DNA of 64,000 nt from Pseudomonadota bacterium (GTDB lineage: Bacteria > Myxococcota_A > Polyangia > JAAYKL01): positions 62,343 through 126,342 of the forward strand of contig JALNZK010000002.1 in assembly GCA_023229365.1 (NCBI GenBank), given 5' to 3'. Positions within the stretch are counted from its first letter, which is position 1. The number at the start of each line of letters is the position of its first letter. Below are positions 15,843 to 24,890 of this stretch, in pieces. The notes below the pieces were generated by a model that saw only the letters and a program-made list of their open reading frames with translations, was not told where the DNA came from and did not search any database. The position numbers and the translations under genes were made by a program.

Positions 15843-16397
15843 CTATGCGGCTCCCACAGGAAGGAGCCGGTTCACACATGATTTGTTTCTGCAAATTAGG
15901 AAAATTGCACCAATGCCAAGCAGAACGATAGTAGATGGTTCGGGACAATCCGTGGCAACATCAATTCCAGTGACACCAGCCCACGAAAACGAGTTGGGGA
16001 ATTGAATAATCTCTGCACCCGACTGGGGTGTGATAATCCACTCCCAGACATAAGTATTAGCAAAATGAACAGAATCACTACCCGTAACAGTAAATCCTTG
16101 AGGCACCCACACAATAGGATCGACTACATTGGAATCACTCTGCCACTCTACTTGCAACCACAAATGCTTTACTCTGTCCAACTGTTCGTTATTCGGAATA
16201 AAAAGCCACTTATCTTGGTTGGAAGGAATTGTAAACCACTCGGGCATTCCATAACCAGGATCAGTAATTTTTGTCCACGTCCACATCGATCCATTCAATT
16301 CGCCATGATATTGATAATCAACGACAGCAGGAATGATATCAGCAGACGCACAATTGCAGATCGACATTGCCAGCAAAATCAATAATGTTCGTTTCAT
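15843..16397 (-). CDS. secreted protein with PEP-CTERM-like sorting tail
   Basis: Start reassigned to MKRTLLILLAMSICNCASA (signal peptide), because the residues upstream of it are translated from the promoter. The C-terminus DCPEPSTIVLLGIGAIFLICRNK is PEP motif, then transmembrane helix, then basic residues. Confidence 0.5.
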   Translation of the reverse strand: MKRTLLILLAMSICNCASADIIPAVVDYQYHGELNGSMWTWTKITDPGYGMPEWFTIPSNQDKWLFIPNNEQLDRVKHLWLQVEWQSDSNVVDPIVWVPQGFTVTGSDSVHFANTYVWEWIITPQSGAEIIQFPNSFSWAGVTGIDVATDCPEPSTIVLLGIGAIFLICRNKSCVNRLLPVGAA

Positions 16398-16403
16398 GTT
16401 CCC

Positions 16404-16432
16404 ATTATACTTCAGAATCAATCAAGTGTAAA
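16404..16432 (-). promoter_or_regulatory. sigma70-like promoter (TTTACA-N17-TATAAT), leaderless arrangement
   Basis: Plus strand reads ATTATACTTCAGAATCAATCAAGTGTAAA. The -10 box ends 6 nt from the ATG at 16397. Confidence 0.55.
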
Positions 16433-17102
16433 CCACCGTTTTCAGAATTTTAATCAGCTTTTCCATATCCACATCTGCGGGCAACGAACGATATTCCACC
16501 CGCCCATCGTGCTTGATCTCGTAGAAACCCGGTCGTCGCTTAGCTTCTTTGATTTCTTCGGCAAATGCAGCATCCAACTTCAAGAAAATTTGTGGCCAAT
16601 CAAAATTGACGTTGTAGATACGTTCTTTGCAATGTCCGCATGACTCACAAGCATCTTCTGTAAAACTGGTCTCTTGGGTGAAGCTGACATGTACGCCCGC
16701 TGTGCCTTCCAGCATTGCATTTTTGTGTGTTTCGTATCCATAAAAGTTTTGATACTTCACCAACGGCTTAGTGAAATATCTTGCGGATTGCAACCTTACG
16801 GTCTTAGGAACCTTCATGATTGGCACATCTGACAATCTGAATGGTAATCCAGCAAAGAAGGTTTCGGCGTTAATTTCTGCCAGCGTCTGCTCAATCTTGT
16901 AAATTTCTGCCTTTAAGCTAAACACGGCATCAACAGGGTTGCTAAAAGGTTCGCCCCTTGCTTCAACCAACCAGCCGCAATCATCGTGTGGTAAACGAAG
17001 TAAGGAATGCCCGCCAGTCCCGGTCGGATTTACAGCAGCCAGAGAAACAGGCTCGCCGTCTTTTGTTAAAAGAAAAAATTCTTTTTCTAAACCAATTCTC
17101 AT
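16422..17102 (-). CDS. hypothetical protein, possible carboxylate-amine ligase (GCS2-like)
   Basis: The N-terminus MRIGLEKEFFLL resembles the G(I/V)E.EF start of glutamate-cysteine-ligase family 2 and amidoligase enzymes. This is a weak call. Confidence 0.3.
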   Translation of the reverse strand: MRIGLEKEFFLLTKDGEPVSLAAVNPTGTGGHSLLRLPHDDCGWLVEARGEPFSNPVDAVFSLKAEIYKIEQTLAEINAETFFAGLPFRLSDVPIMKVPKTVRLQSARYFTKPLVKYQNFYGYETHKNAMLEGTAGVHVSFTQETSFTEDACESCGHCKERIYNVNFDWPQIFLKLDAAFAEEIKEAKRRPGFYEIKHDGRVEYRSLPADVDMEKLIKILKTVVYT

Positions 17103-17134
17103 ATTTGTTCCTCCATGACAAAACTATAACTAAA

Positions 17135-17839
17135 TCAGCCCTGCAATGCAATACCAAACTTCTCTCGCATCAACAGCTTTGCTTTTTGAAGCAATTGATG
17201 GATATACGGACTTGATACCCCCAATTGCTTGGCAATCTCTTTCAGTGTTTTTCTTTCAATATAATGTTCGTGAAGAATTTGTTTTGCTCTTGTTGTAAAA
17301 AATGTATCGCCAGAATGCATGGTGAACAATTCATCTACCAAGTCTGCGTTTGAAGACCGTGGATCAACAATTTGCATTTCAGTGAAGTCTACCAACTCTT
17401 CATGATATTTTATTTTTCTTTGTTTATATCCATCAAGAATGGCATTTCGCATACAGCGAATAGCATAACTAGACCATGTGCATTCATGTTGCTGGGCTAA
17501 GTCTGGTGTCCAGCTTTCCACGGCTCTCCACAAGCCCATCAAAGCATCGGAATATTCTTCGCTATTTTCTACATCTTCATTAGACTTGAGAAAAGTTAAA
17601 GCCGAAGAGCGAGCCAGCTTCAAATTGGCCTCGACGGTTGGCTTGACGAACCTTAGCTCTTGTGTGCTTTGGTCGTCTTGCAGTCCCGATGTAGAAATAG
17701 GGGACGGAAGAGTGAACGATTTTTTCTTCAAAGCAATTGTCATAAAGCCCTCGCAGACCAAAGTGTTTTTGCACTTCGGACCAACTTGCTTACACGACAA
17801 GCACTTCGGACCAACCTGCGTTGATGATTTAATAGACAT
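17135..17839 (-). CDS. sigma-70 family sigma factor (second copy)
   Basis: C-terminal region 4.2 helix-turn-helix (TLKEIAKQLGVSSPYIHQLLQKAKLLMREKF) and a region-2-like segment (ALMGLWRAVESW...YAIRCMRNAILDGYKQRK). Confidence 0.55.
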   Translation of the reverse strand: MSIKSSTQVGPKCLSCKQVGPKCKNTLVCEGFMTIALKKKSFTLPSPISTSGLQDDQSTQELRFVKPTVEANLKLARSSALTFLKSNEDVENSEEYSDALMGLWRAVESWTPDLAQQHECTWSSYAIRCMRNAILDGYKQRKIKYHEELVDFTEMQIVDPRSSNADLVDELFTMHSGDTFFTTRAKQILHEHYIERKTLKEIAKQLGVSSPYIHQLLQKAKLLMREKFGIALQG

Positions 17840-20037
17840 TACAACAAATTCTTCAAGGTGTCAACATCAATGATGGGAATTCCTAACGCCGTTGCCTCAG
17901 CCGACTTATCACCACTACCATCTCCAGCCACCAGATATTTTACTTTTTTGGATACACTTCCAGCACACTTGCCACCCAATTCTTCGATCTTTGCTTTCCA
18001 GAATGTTTTACCTTGCGGCAAACTACCACTGAGGCAGAAGGTCACGCCTGTTAGTTTTCCGATTTTGGGAAGTTGCAAGTCAAAATGTTGCAGCAGCCGG
18101 TTGATTTCTTGCGAATGCAATTGCAGGTAAGAATAAATGATTTCGGCTGTCTTTTTACCAACCCCATCCGTGCCCTCAAGTTCATTAACGCTAGCTGCCT
18201 GTATCTTGTCAATACCCCGAAAGTGAGAAATTAAAGATTTTCCCGAATCCTCCCCTGCTGTGGGAATACCCAGGGCAGCAAAGAACTTCCAGGCATCCAC
18301 CTTCTTGGGGGTTTTAATTGCTGCTGTTATTTGTGTCGCAAGCTCTTTATCATCAATATGTTCGGGATCGTGAATCATATGAATGGCAGCCACGGTCAAC
18401 AGTGATTCTCGCTCCGAAAGCCCTGCCGCCATGCAATCTGCGGCGGAAAGAGAATAAAAATCGGCTCTGGTGGTAATTTTACCACTGGACATGAGCATTT
18501 CAACAGTTGCCTCTCCCAATCCCAGGCAACCCAAGACCTTAAACCAATGACAATAATTGCTCAATTGCTTCGCTGGACAGTCGGAATTCTCACATCGAAG
18601 TTCCCACATTTCCTCCCTATTACCTTTGGCGGGGGTGTGAATACTGGCCGTAGGCTTGCCACACGATGGGCAAGTTTTGGGATAGGTTGGGTCACACGAA
18701 TTAGATTTGACACCCACCACCTTGGGGATAATGTTCCCGGCTTTTTGGACAAGTATTTCTGTGCCCAGGCCAATTTTCTTACGAATCATAAATCCGAGAT
18801 TATGGAGCGTGGCACGGGCTACATTCGTGTCGGCCAAGCGAATGGGAGCAAAAATAGCAACGGGTTTAATGACCCCAGTGCGACCCACATTCCACTCAAT
18901 GGCTTTAATGATTGCAGGCTCACGTTCCTCAGCGAATTTCCAAGCAATCTTGCCCCGTGGATTACCATCGGGTTTATCACCGTGGGTGCCCAAGTGACTC
19001 TGTTCATCCAAGCTTTCTACACCAATCACAATCCCGTCAACCCGATAATCCAGAGAGGGGACTTCTGCCTCCATCTTTGCCAAATCAAAGAAATTAAAGC
19101 TTCTGCTTTGCACAAATCGAATGCATGGCTCATTCGGATGTGCTGAATCGTAGCCCAGATTTTTATTGACCCAAATAGCCTTTTCGGTTTCGGTACTGTA
19201 AGGAATAGGGGAACTATCATTCCACGTAATCCCATGAGCAATGCAAGTTACCAAATGATATTTGGTTTTCTCGGGATCATTGAATTGTCGGATACCACCG
19301 ACTGCCGCTGATCGTTGGTTAGAAAATTCTTTTTCCCCCTGTTGTCGCTTCCAATCTTGAACCTTGGGGAAATCGGAAGTCAAAACAATCAATTCACCCC
19401 GAATGGCACATGTGATCGGAACTTTGAGCTTTGTGGGAATGCCCTTCACATATTTGGCTTGCTCTGTGACATCTTCCCCATATTCTCCATCCCGTGGACG
19501 CAAACCAGCCGAAACCAATTCCCCCTTCTCATAATAGAATTGAATAGAAACTCCATCCAATTTCCATTGCTGATAAAAATAGCCACGGGGATAAGTTACG
19601 TTGCTGCCCTTGTATTTCTCTCCATCCAGAACATAAAACTTGCCTTCCCGAACCGACTTGGGGGCTTTCTCTGTGCAATCTGAAATCCACTTCCAAAGTT
19701 GTGCTTTTTGGATTTCCAAATCCTCATGGCTTGCTTTGTCGATGGAGGTCAGCAATGGGACGTGTTTTACCTTCTTTGTGGAAATTACCCGCTTTGAAGC
19801 CGTAACAGTTTTGAAGATTTTGGAGTCAGAACGATTAGCCTGGAGGGTGCCCTTGAGCATATCGTATTTTGGGTCGGATACGGGGGTTGCAGCATCCAAC
19901 CCCAAGAGTTTCAACATATCATCCGATGTATCGGCGGGGATTAGGCAATCTTCGCCGTCATCAAATCGAGTATCCAACTCAGCAATAATGGCTTCCAACT
20001 CATCGCACTGACTGGCATTCAATTTCGGGTAATTCAT
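17839..20037 (-). CDS. ligA: NAD-dependent DNA ligase LigA
   Basis: 732 aa with the ATLHN OB-fold motif, a Cys4 zinc finger (CPSCG...CENSDCPAK), helix-hairpin-helix repeats and a C-terminal BRCT domain (FCLSGSLPQGKTFWKAKIEELGGK). Confidence 0.85.
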   Translation of the reverse strand: MNYPKLNASQCDELEAIIAELDTRFDDGEDCLIPADTSDDMLKLLGLDAATPVSDPKYDMLKGTLQANRSDSKIFKTVTASKRVISTKKVKHVPLLTSIDKASHEDLEIQKAQLWKWISDCTEKAPKSVREGKFYVLDGEKYKGSNVTYPRGYFYQQWKLDGVSIQFYYEKGELVSAGLRPRDGEYGEDVTEQAKYVKGIPTKLKVPITCAIRGELIVLTSDFPKVQDWKRQQGEKEFSNQRSAAVGGIRQFNDPEKTKYHLVTCIAHGITWNDSSPIPYSTETEKAIWVNKNLGYDSAHPNEPCIRFVQSRSFNFFDLAKMEAEVPSLDYRVDGIVIGVESLDEQSHLGTHGDKPDGNPRGKIAWKFAEEREPAIIKAIEWNVGRTGVIKPVAIFAPIRLADTNVARATLHNLGFMIRKKIGLGTEILVQKAGNIIPKVVGVKSNSCDPTYPKTCPSCGKPTASIHTPAKGNREEMWELRCENSDCPAKQLSNYCHWFKVLGCLGLGEATVEMLMSSGKITTRADFYSLSAADCMAAGLSERESLLTVAAIHMIHDPEHIDDKELATQITAAIKTPKKVDAWKFFAALGIPTAGEDSGKSLISHFRGIDKIQAASVNELEGTDGVGKKTAEIIYSYLQLHSQEINRLLQHFDLQLPKIGKLTGVTFCLSGSLPQGKTFWKAKIEELGGKCAGSVSKKVKYLVAGDGSGDKSAEATALGIPIIDVDTLKNLL

Positions 20038-20073
20038 GATTTTGTCCTTTCATCTTCCCAATGTACAGGAAAA

Positions 20074-20367
20074 CTATGTTCCCGGCTTTTTCTGGGCTTC
20101 TTCGATTTTCTCAAGAGCATTGTTCATCCTGTCTATTCTAATTTCGATGGCAGGCTTGATATTGAGACAAATCATGGAAAAATGTTGAGCAAGGGTATCG
20201 TTTCCGTAGCCATGTTGGGGGTCATTTTTTATTGCCCTAAGAAACTCACGGGCTTCGTGAATCTCTATAATTTCTCCGCAGAGAAACAAATCGGCTGACT
20301 GCATATAAAGCCAGTCAATAATTGCCCTCAACTGTTCGCACTGTGTTTTTTCTGTATCGTTCATCAT
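20074..20367 (-). CDS. hypothetical protein
   Basis: 97 aa ORF. Confidence 0.35.
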   Translation of the reverse strand: MMNDTEKTQCEQLRAIIDWLYMQSADLFLCGEIIEIHEAREFLRAIKNDPQHGYGNDTLAQHFSMICLNIKPAIEIRIDRMNNALEKIEEAQKKPGT

Positions 20368-20662
20368 GACCTTTGGAGTTTGATAACAGAAAGTTGCCCC
20401 AACAAATAAGCCTTATACAGAGCCTGAGTTGATCGGTCGCATCATCCTTGATTGGCTCAGGAAAAAAAAGACCAATATTTTTGGACAAGGATGTGTCTTT
20501 AAATTCATCCCATACCAACGCAAGTTGTGCCTCCAATGCAGCTTCTTCGCTGCCGCCCAGCACCAAACATTCGGTACGTTTTTTGGCAAACTCGACTGCC
20601 CTTGCCATAACCTCAGCGGCATTCTCTGGCTCTTTGGGCTCTTTTCTGGTTTCAATATTCAT
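20315..20662 (-). CDS. hypothetical protein
   Basis: 115 aa ORF. Confidence 0.35.
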   Translation of the reverse strand: MNIETRKEPKEPENAAEVMARAVEFAKKRTECLVLGGSEEAALEAQLALVWDEFKDTSLSKNIGLFFPEPIKDDATDQLRLCIRLICWGNFLLSNSKGHDERYRKNTVRTVEGNY

Positions 20663-21027
20663 TTTTCCACCTTTGTTATCTTCCCAAAAATGTTATCGGC
20701 ACCAATGGTGCCATTGGTGTGTTTTTTGTTATTGCCGATTTGATAAAGCACACAACCCATTTTTTGTTTAACAGCTTCTACCAAGTGAATATAATAATGC
20801 CCCTTCACCTTGCAGAATACTATATCACCTTTTTCAACAATTGCAATACGGTGGTCTTTTTCTTTGATTGGCTCGATAGTCACCAAATCACCGCTGCTGA
20901 TCTTTGGCTCCATTGAATTACCTTTGGGTCGAATCTGGACTCTTTTTCCAGCCTTCAGGTCATCAACGTGTTTTAACCAATCCATTATTCTACATCTTTC
21001 AGAAAAACTTTTCACTTTGATTCCCAC
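20659..21027 (-). CDS. S24 family peptidase (LexA/UmuD-like protease domain)
   Basis: RPKGNSMEPKISSGDLVTIE matches the GDSMxP/GD motif of S24 peptidases. No N-terminal helix-turn-helix is evident. Confidence 0.5.
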   Translation of the reverse strand: MGIKVKSFSERCRIMDWLKHVDDLKAGKRVQIRPKGNSMEPKISSGDLVTIEPIKEKDHRIAIVEKGDIVFCKVKGHYYIHLVEAVKQKMGCVLYQIGNNKKHTNGTIGADNIFGKITKVEK

Positions 21028-21395
21028 CCGTGGTGCCCAAACCCAGTCACATCCTCTCGGTGGTCGGGATCGGGCACCATTTTTGCCGTAAGATGTTCTC
21101 CCTCATGCACAATTCGCACTTCGCCTTCAAATGTATCGGCAACTACATCCATCATTTCAATGTATCCCAAACCTCGCATGTATGTGTGAAATTCATTGAG
21201 CAAATCGTCTTCGGAAATAAATTTACTTTCAAAAAATGCAGCAACATCCAGACGCCATTCCTGCACGGTCTGGCTGGGATGTATCCAATACTCCGTTTCC
21301 AATCCATAGCTGCTTTGTATCCGCACAGAAAAAATGCGAACACCTTGATCCGACAACAATTTGTGAATTTCTTTTGCGTTCATGCTGTTTGCCAT
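21012..21395 (-). CDS. hypothetical protein
   Basis: 127 aa ORF. Confidence 0.35.
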   Translation of the reverse strand: MANSMNAKEIHKLLSDQGVRIFSVRIQSSYGLETEYWIHPSQTVQEWRLDVAAFFESKFISEDDLLNEFHTYMRGLGYIEMMDVVADTFEGEVRIVHEGEHLTAKMVPDPDHREDVTGFGHHGWESK

Positions 21396-21568
21396 GTATC
21401 ATCGAGAATCACGCTCTCATCCACAACCAAACACTGTCCTTTTTCTGGCCCTTCGGAAAACACCAACACCCACCCTTGCGTTGGATCGTTTATCCATTCA
21501 ACAATCCCAATAATGGGATGTTGCAGTTTGCACGGCTCTTGGGTGGTGATAATTTCAAAAATCTTCAT
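21380..21568 (-). CDS. hypothetical protein
   Basis: 62 aa ORF. Confidence 0.25.
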   Translation of the reverse strand: MKIFEIITTQEPCKLQHPIIGIVEWINDPTQGWVLVFSEGPEKGQCLVVDESVILDDTWQTA

Positions 21569-21569
21569 T

Positions 21570-22010
21570 TTAGCCCACCTTTGTCAAGTATTCCCGCACT
21601 TTTTGTTTTCTATTCAACAACTCAACCTTGTCGTTCAAACGACGCATGACCACAAGCCAATTCTCTAATTTCTTTTTTCTTGCTGCTGCCACTTCCTGCA
21701 AATGCTTTAATTCCTCCGCTTGCCTTTTCACTTGGGCCTTCAGCTTTTCGTTTTCGGCCAACAGTGCTTTTTCGTCTTTTGATTTCTTTTCACCATAATA
21801 ATATCCCCAAAACCAATCTACGAATTTTGCCACATCCGAGAGACAGTTGACCAATGGCACAAATCTATCCAAGGCACGACAATTACGCTGGGATACATCC
21901 TGGGGTGATTGGCTGGCATTGGATTTTGCAATCAATTCTGCATCCACACGTAGGTGCTTGCGTTGCCCAGAAAGTATGTTGTCTAGCTCTTGTTTTAAGC
22001 TTTGCATCAC
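21570..22010 (-). CDS. hypothetical coiled-coil protein
   Basis: 146 aa with a charged heptad-rich C-terminus. Confidence 0.35.
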   Translation of the reverse strand: MMQSLKQELDNILSGQRKHLRVDAELIAKSNASQSPQDVSQRNCRALDRFVPLVNCLSDVAKFVDWFWGYYYGEKKSKDEKALLAENEKLKAQVKRQAEELKHLQEVAAARKKKLENWLVVMRRLNDKVELLNRKQKVREYLTKVG

Positions 22011-22018
22011 TACCTCCT

Positions 22019-22516
22019 CTATTGTTCGACAATTTCAACTATGTCTCTATACCAATCAAACCCAGGATATTTACTTTCAAACTTTTTTGCCTTTTGGCAA
22101 CAATCTTTGACTCTCTTGTTAAAATCCTTGAATAATTTTAATTGCCATATTGCATCCTCGACCGTACCGTTGTGCCCAACCATATCATCAAATGCTTGCT
22201 GCTGTTCCTGAAAAAACGTTTTTTCCAAAAATGTTGGATCAATGATGTTCACGCCCTCAATTTCAAAACTGGCGTAGTCGTCTTCTTCCCAATAAATGTG
22301 CAGATGCAATCTTAGTTTTAACGCAGGAAAATCAACCTTCTGTTGTATTCCTTTGCTTAAAAACTTGTACTCTTTTCTCATTGCCGACAATTCGACCACG
22401 GAAGGCATCAACGCACAACCTTTTAAAGCATTTGATACTTCCGGTGGTTCAGCAACACCTGCTGCTTTGCAACGTTTTCTAATGTCCAAAAATTCTTTAA
22501 TTTTAACGCTATTCAT
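22019..22516 (-). CDS. hypothetical protein
   Basis: 165 aa ORF. Confidence 0.35.
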   Translation of the reverse strand: MNSVKIKEFLDIRKRCKAAGVAEPPEVSNALKGCALMPSVVELSAMRKEYKFLSKGIQQKVDFPALKLRLHLHIYWEEDDYASFEIEGVNIIDPTFLEKTFFQEQQQAFDDMVGHNGTVEDAIWQLKLFKDFNKRVKDCCQKAKKFESKYPGFDWYRDIVEIVEQ

Positions 22517-22739
22517 TTGTCTGTTTCTTTTTGCGAAGTGCCAATAAAACCATCACACCAATGATGGAATAAAGAACTAAAATCGATGCTACAAACGCTG
22601 CTCCGAAAGCACAAAGCAAACACAAAAACGCATTATGTGGCTCAAATAACTTGACCAGACCTATATAAAGCAACAGTCCAATCGGCGTAGCCGGAATAAG
22701 CACTATTAAATACACCGTTATTTTAGCAATGCCACTCAT
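22509..22739 (-). CDS. small membrane protein
   Basis: 76 aa with two hydrophobic helices. Confidence 0.3.
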   Translation of the reverse strand: MSGIAKITVYLIVLIPATPIGLLLYIGLVKLFEPHNAFLCLLCAFGAAFVASILVLYSIIGVMVLLALRKKKQTNE

Positions 22740-23536
22740 TCGTCTGTCCCCGGCTCAATTGCTAAAGTAAGTCCCACAATCTCTTTTACGGACTCTTTCC
22801 ATTTAACAACCTTGCGATCCTGCAAGGCTTCATAAATTTCCCATATTTTATCATCGGTCTGTCCAGCCTCAATACGGGCGACCTGCCGCTCGTCTTCCTC
22901 TGTTTCAATGATTACTCTCTGTCTGACTTTGTTCATCTTCCCGATCCAAATGCTATCGGTGACAAACAACTCCAACGTGTTGAATAATTCAACCATATTG
23001 GGAGCATCCAACATGGGCTCACAACTTACGCTTGTTTTGAACCCAGCTACAAATGCGTATTTCAGGGCAGCCATACGCTCAAAGAAATTCGGGGCTCCTG
23101 GTTCCCAATATTTTAGGATTGCATCGTCAAATGCCCCAATAGTAAATCGGAAAAGAATGTGATCCTTATACTCTTCAAACTCATGGCAAAGTCGTTTAAT
23201 GCACTCCAAATGAGGCTTGGACACAATGAGAATATCGTTGCCAGCTTCCAGAAGTTTTCGCAACACAATGACGCAAGGCTCAATCATTTCTGGAACAATG
23301 TCATGCGTGGTGGGGAACATCACTGTTCCATCTTCTTTTTTTCGATTCTTTTTGACATCATGCTCTCGGACTTCCGGCTTAGTCCAATCCTCGGGAGTGT
23401 TGATTTGCTTGAACCGCATAGCTCGGGAGCGTGCGTAGCAATAGCGGCAATTGTGGCTACAGCCTTTGATGCAATTCACATTTGCCACTGCCCACTCCAA
23501 GGTGCCACTAATTTTTTTTGGCTTGCTTGACATCAT
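22736..23536 (-). CDS. radical SAM protein (SplB/DNA-photolyase-like Cx3CxYC type)
   Basis: CSHNCRYCYA matches the C-x3-C-x-Y-C cluster motif of spore-photoproduct-lyase-like radical SAM enzymes. Confidence 0.5.
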   Translation of the reverse strand: MMSSKPKKISGTLEWAVANVNCIKGCSHNCRYCYARSRAMRFKQINTPEDWTKPEVREHDVKKNRKKEDGTVMFPTTHDIVPEMIEPCVIVLRKLLEAGNDILIVSKPHLECIKRLCHEFEEYKDHILFRFTIGAFDDAILKYWEPGAPNFFERMAALKYAFVAGFKTSVSCEPMLDAPNMVELFNTLELFVTDSIWIGKMNKVRQRVIIETEEDERQVARIEAGQTDDKIWEIYEALQDRKVVKWKESVKEIVGLTLAIEPGTDE

Positions 23537-23729
23537 TTGCTTCCTTCATTGCTCTGCCATTTGGACAAATACAAAAAAACTCACCGCCCGCAGGAAAACC
23601 CGCTGGTGAGGTTACTTTTCCCACAGTATCGATACGACCTGTGTTGCCACACAATCCGCATAAATTATTTTGCCCTATAAATTCATCAAACCACAAATCC
23701 GTCAGAAACTTCTTCTGCTTGGGTGTCAT
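23508..23729 (-). CDS. zinc-ribbon protein
   Basis: 73 aa with CGLCGNTG...CICPNG. Confidence 0.3.
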   Translation of the reverse strand: MTPKQKKFLTDLWFDEFIGQNNLCGLCGNTGRIDTVGKVTSPAGFPAGGEFFCICPNGRAMKEANDVKQAKKN

Positions 23730-24081
23730 TTTGTTCCTCGTCTTCGGCCAACTTCTCCAACGCTATATCTTCTGCTGTGTGAATCTTATCAATAATTTTG
23801 ATAAATTCAAACTCACCATTGGCATGCTCTTCCCAAATATTCCAAACTATTTGGAATTTATTTTCATCTTCCAGATCATCCACAGCATCATTGAATGCTT
23901 TGATAAATTCTGGCATATAGGACCAATCCAAATCATCTTGATACCACTCTGCCATATAGGCTAGAGCTTGCTTTCGAGCCGTCGCCTTATCCTTGCACAA
24001 GATCAAATCAACATTGCTTTGCAGAGCAATAATACATGGACACTGACCTACTGGTGCAGTTTGCTCACCCACGTTCATCAT
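23686..24081 (-). CDS. hypothetical acidic protein
   Basis: 131 aa ORF. Confidence 0.35.
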   Translation of the reverse strand: MMNVGEQTAPVGQCPCIIALQSNVDLILCKDKATARKQALAYMAEWYQDDLDWSYMPEFIKAFNDAVDDLEDENKFQIVWNIWEEHANGEFEFIKIIDKIHTAEDIALEKLAEDEEQNDTQAEEVSDGFVV

Positions 24082-24760
24082 CTTCTCCTTTTCTCAACAA
24101 TCCAAACCCAGATCGGGTGGACATTATGGATTCAATTTCATCAAGGGAAAAAGGTCGATATTCACCCAGAAGTTTGAATGCATTGTCTATGCCCACATCC
24201 ATTGAAAATCGACCGGGCATAATGGAATCAAGCCAAGCCTCAGCACGGGCATGAGAATGTCCGTATAGGTTTCTTGCTCCGTGGTGGCGACGATCCCAAA
24301 TCGCATAAGCATAATGGGACGCTACATAATTTTTGTCCCCAATTCTCAAAGACAACATATCGGCATGCGTTCGAAAATACCCGGACGCATCAATTGCCTC
24401 TCTGCCCGCAGAAAATTGCTTAGGATCATGGTTTCCCCAAACCAAAACAACATTGCGACATTTAATCTGCTTTCTGTAATAGATGAAAGCACCAGCTATT
24501 CGGTGGGGGTCGCCACGCACCCAACAGAAGTCTCCCACATGAATAAGTCGATCCTTTTCCCCCACCACAGAGTTAATGTGGTCAAGCATTCCCCGATCCA
24601 TTCGGCTAATGCTTTCTTGGCTTATCCTCAACTGGGATATAGCTTTATGATCGCCGCTTGCCATAACAGCCCGTTCGGAATCTGTCATGAATTGCAGCCG
24701 GTGGCAATATTTCAGAATATTGCCGTGTCCAAAATGAGTATCTGCTGTGAAATAGTCCAT
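24065..24760 (-). CDS. calcineurin-like metallophosphoesterase
   Basis: Carries the DTHFGH, VGDFCW and WGNHD motifs (D-x-H, GD, GNHD). A consensus promoter lies 6 nt upstream of the ATG. Confidence 0.8.
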   Translation of the reverse strand: MDYFTADTHFGHGNILKYCHRLQFMTDSERAVMASGDHKAISQLRISQESISRMDRGMLDHINSVVGEKDRLIHVGDFCWVRGDPHRIAGAFIYYRKQIKCRNVVLVWGNHDPKQFSAGREAIDASGYFRTHADMLSLRIGDKNYVASHYAYAIWDRRHHGARNLYGHSHARAEAWLDSIMPGRFSMDVGIDNAFKLLGEYRPFSLDEIESIMSTRSGFGLLRKGEDDERG

Positions 24761-24765
24761 GCCCC

Positions 24766-24793
24766 TATTATACTTCAGAAGGGATTTTTGTAA
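24766..24793 (-). promoter_or_regulatory. sigma70-like promoter (TTTACA-N16-TATAAT), leaderless arrangement
   Basis: Plus strand reads ATTATACTTCAGAAGGGATTTTTGTAAA. Coordinates are within about 2 nt. Confidence 0.55.
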
Positions 24794-24890
24794 ACCTAAG
24801 AAAGGTAGTATTCTACCGTCTTTTGTAGCCCCTCTTCAAGATTAAATTGAGGCTTCCATCCGAGCGACATAATTTTGCTGATAGTATTGT

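Noticed and set aside
18547-19146. Plus-strand ORFs inside ligA (199 aa and others).
   Set aside because: They are antisense to a well-supported 732-aa LigA.
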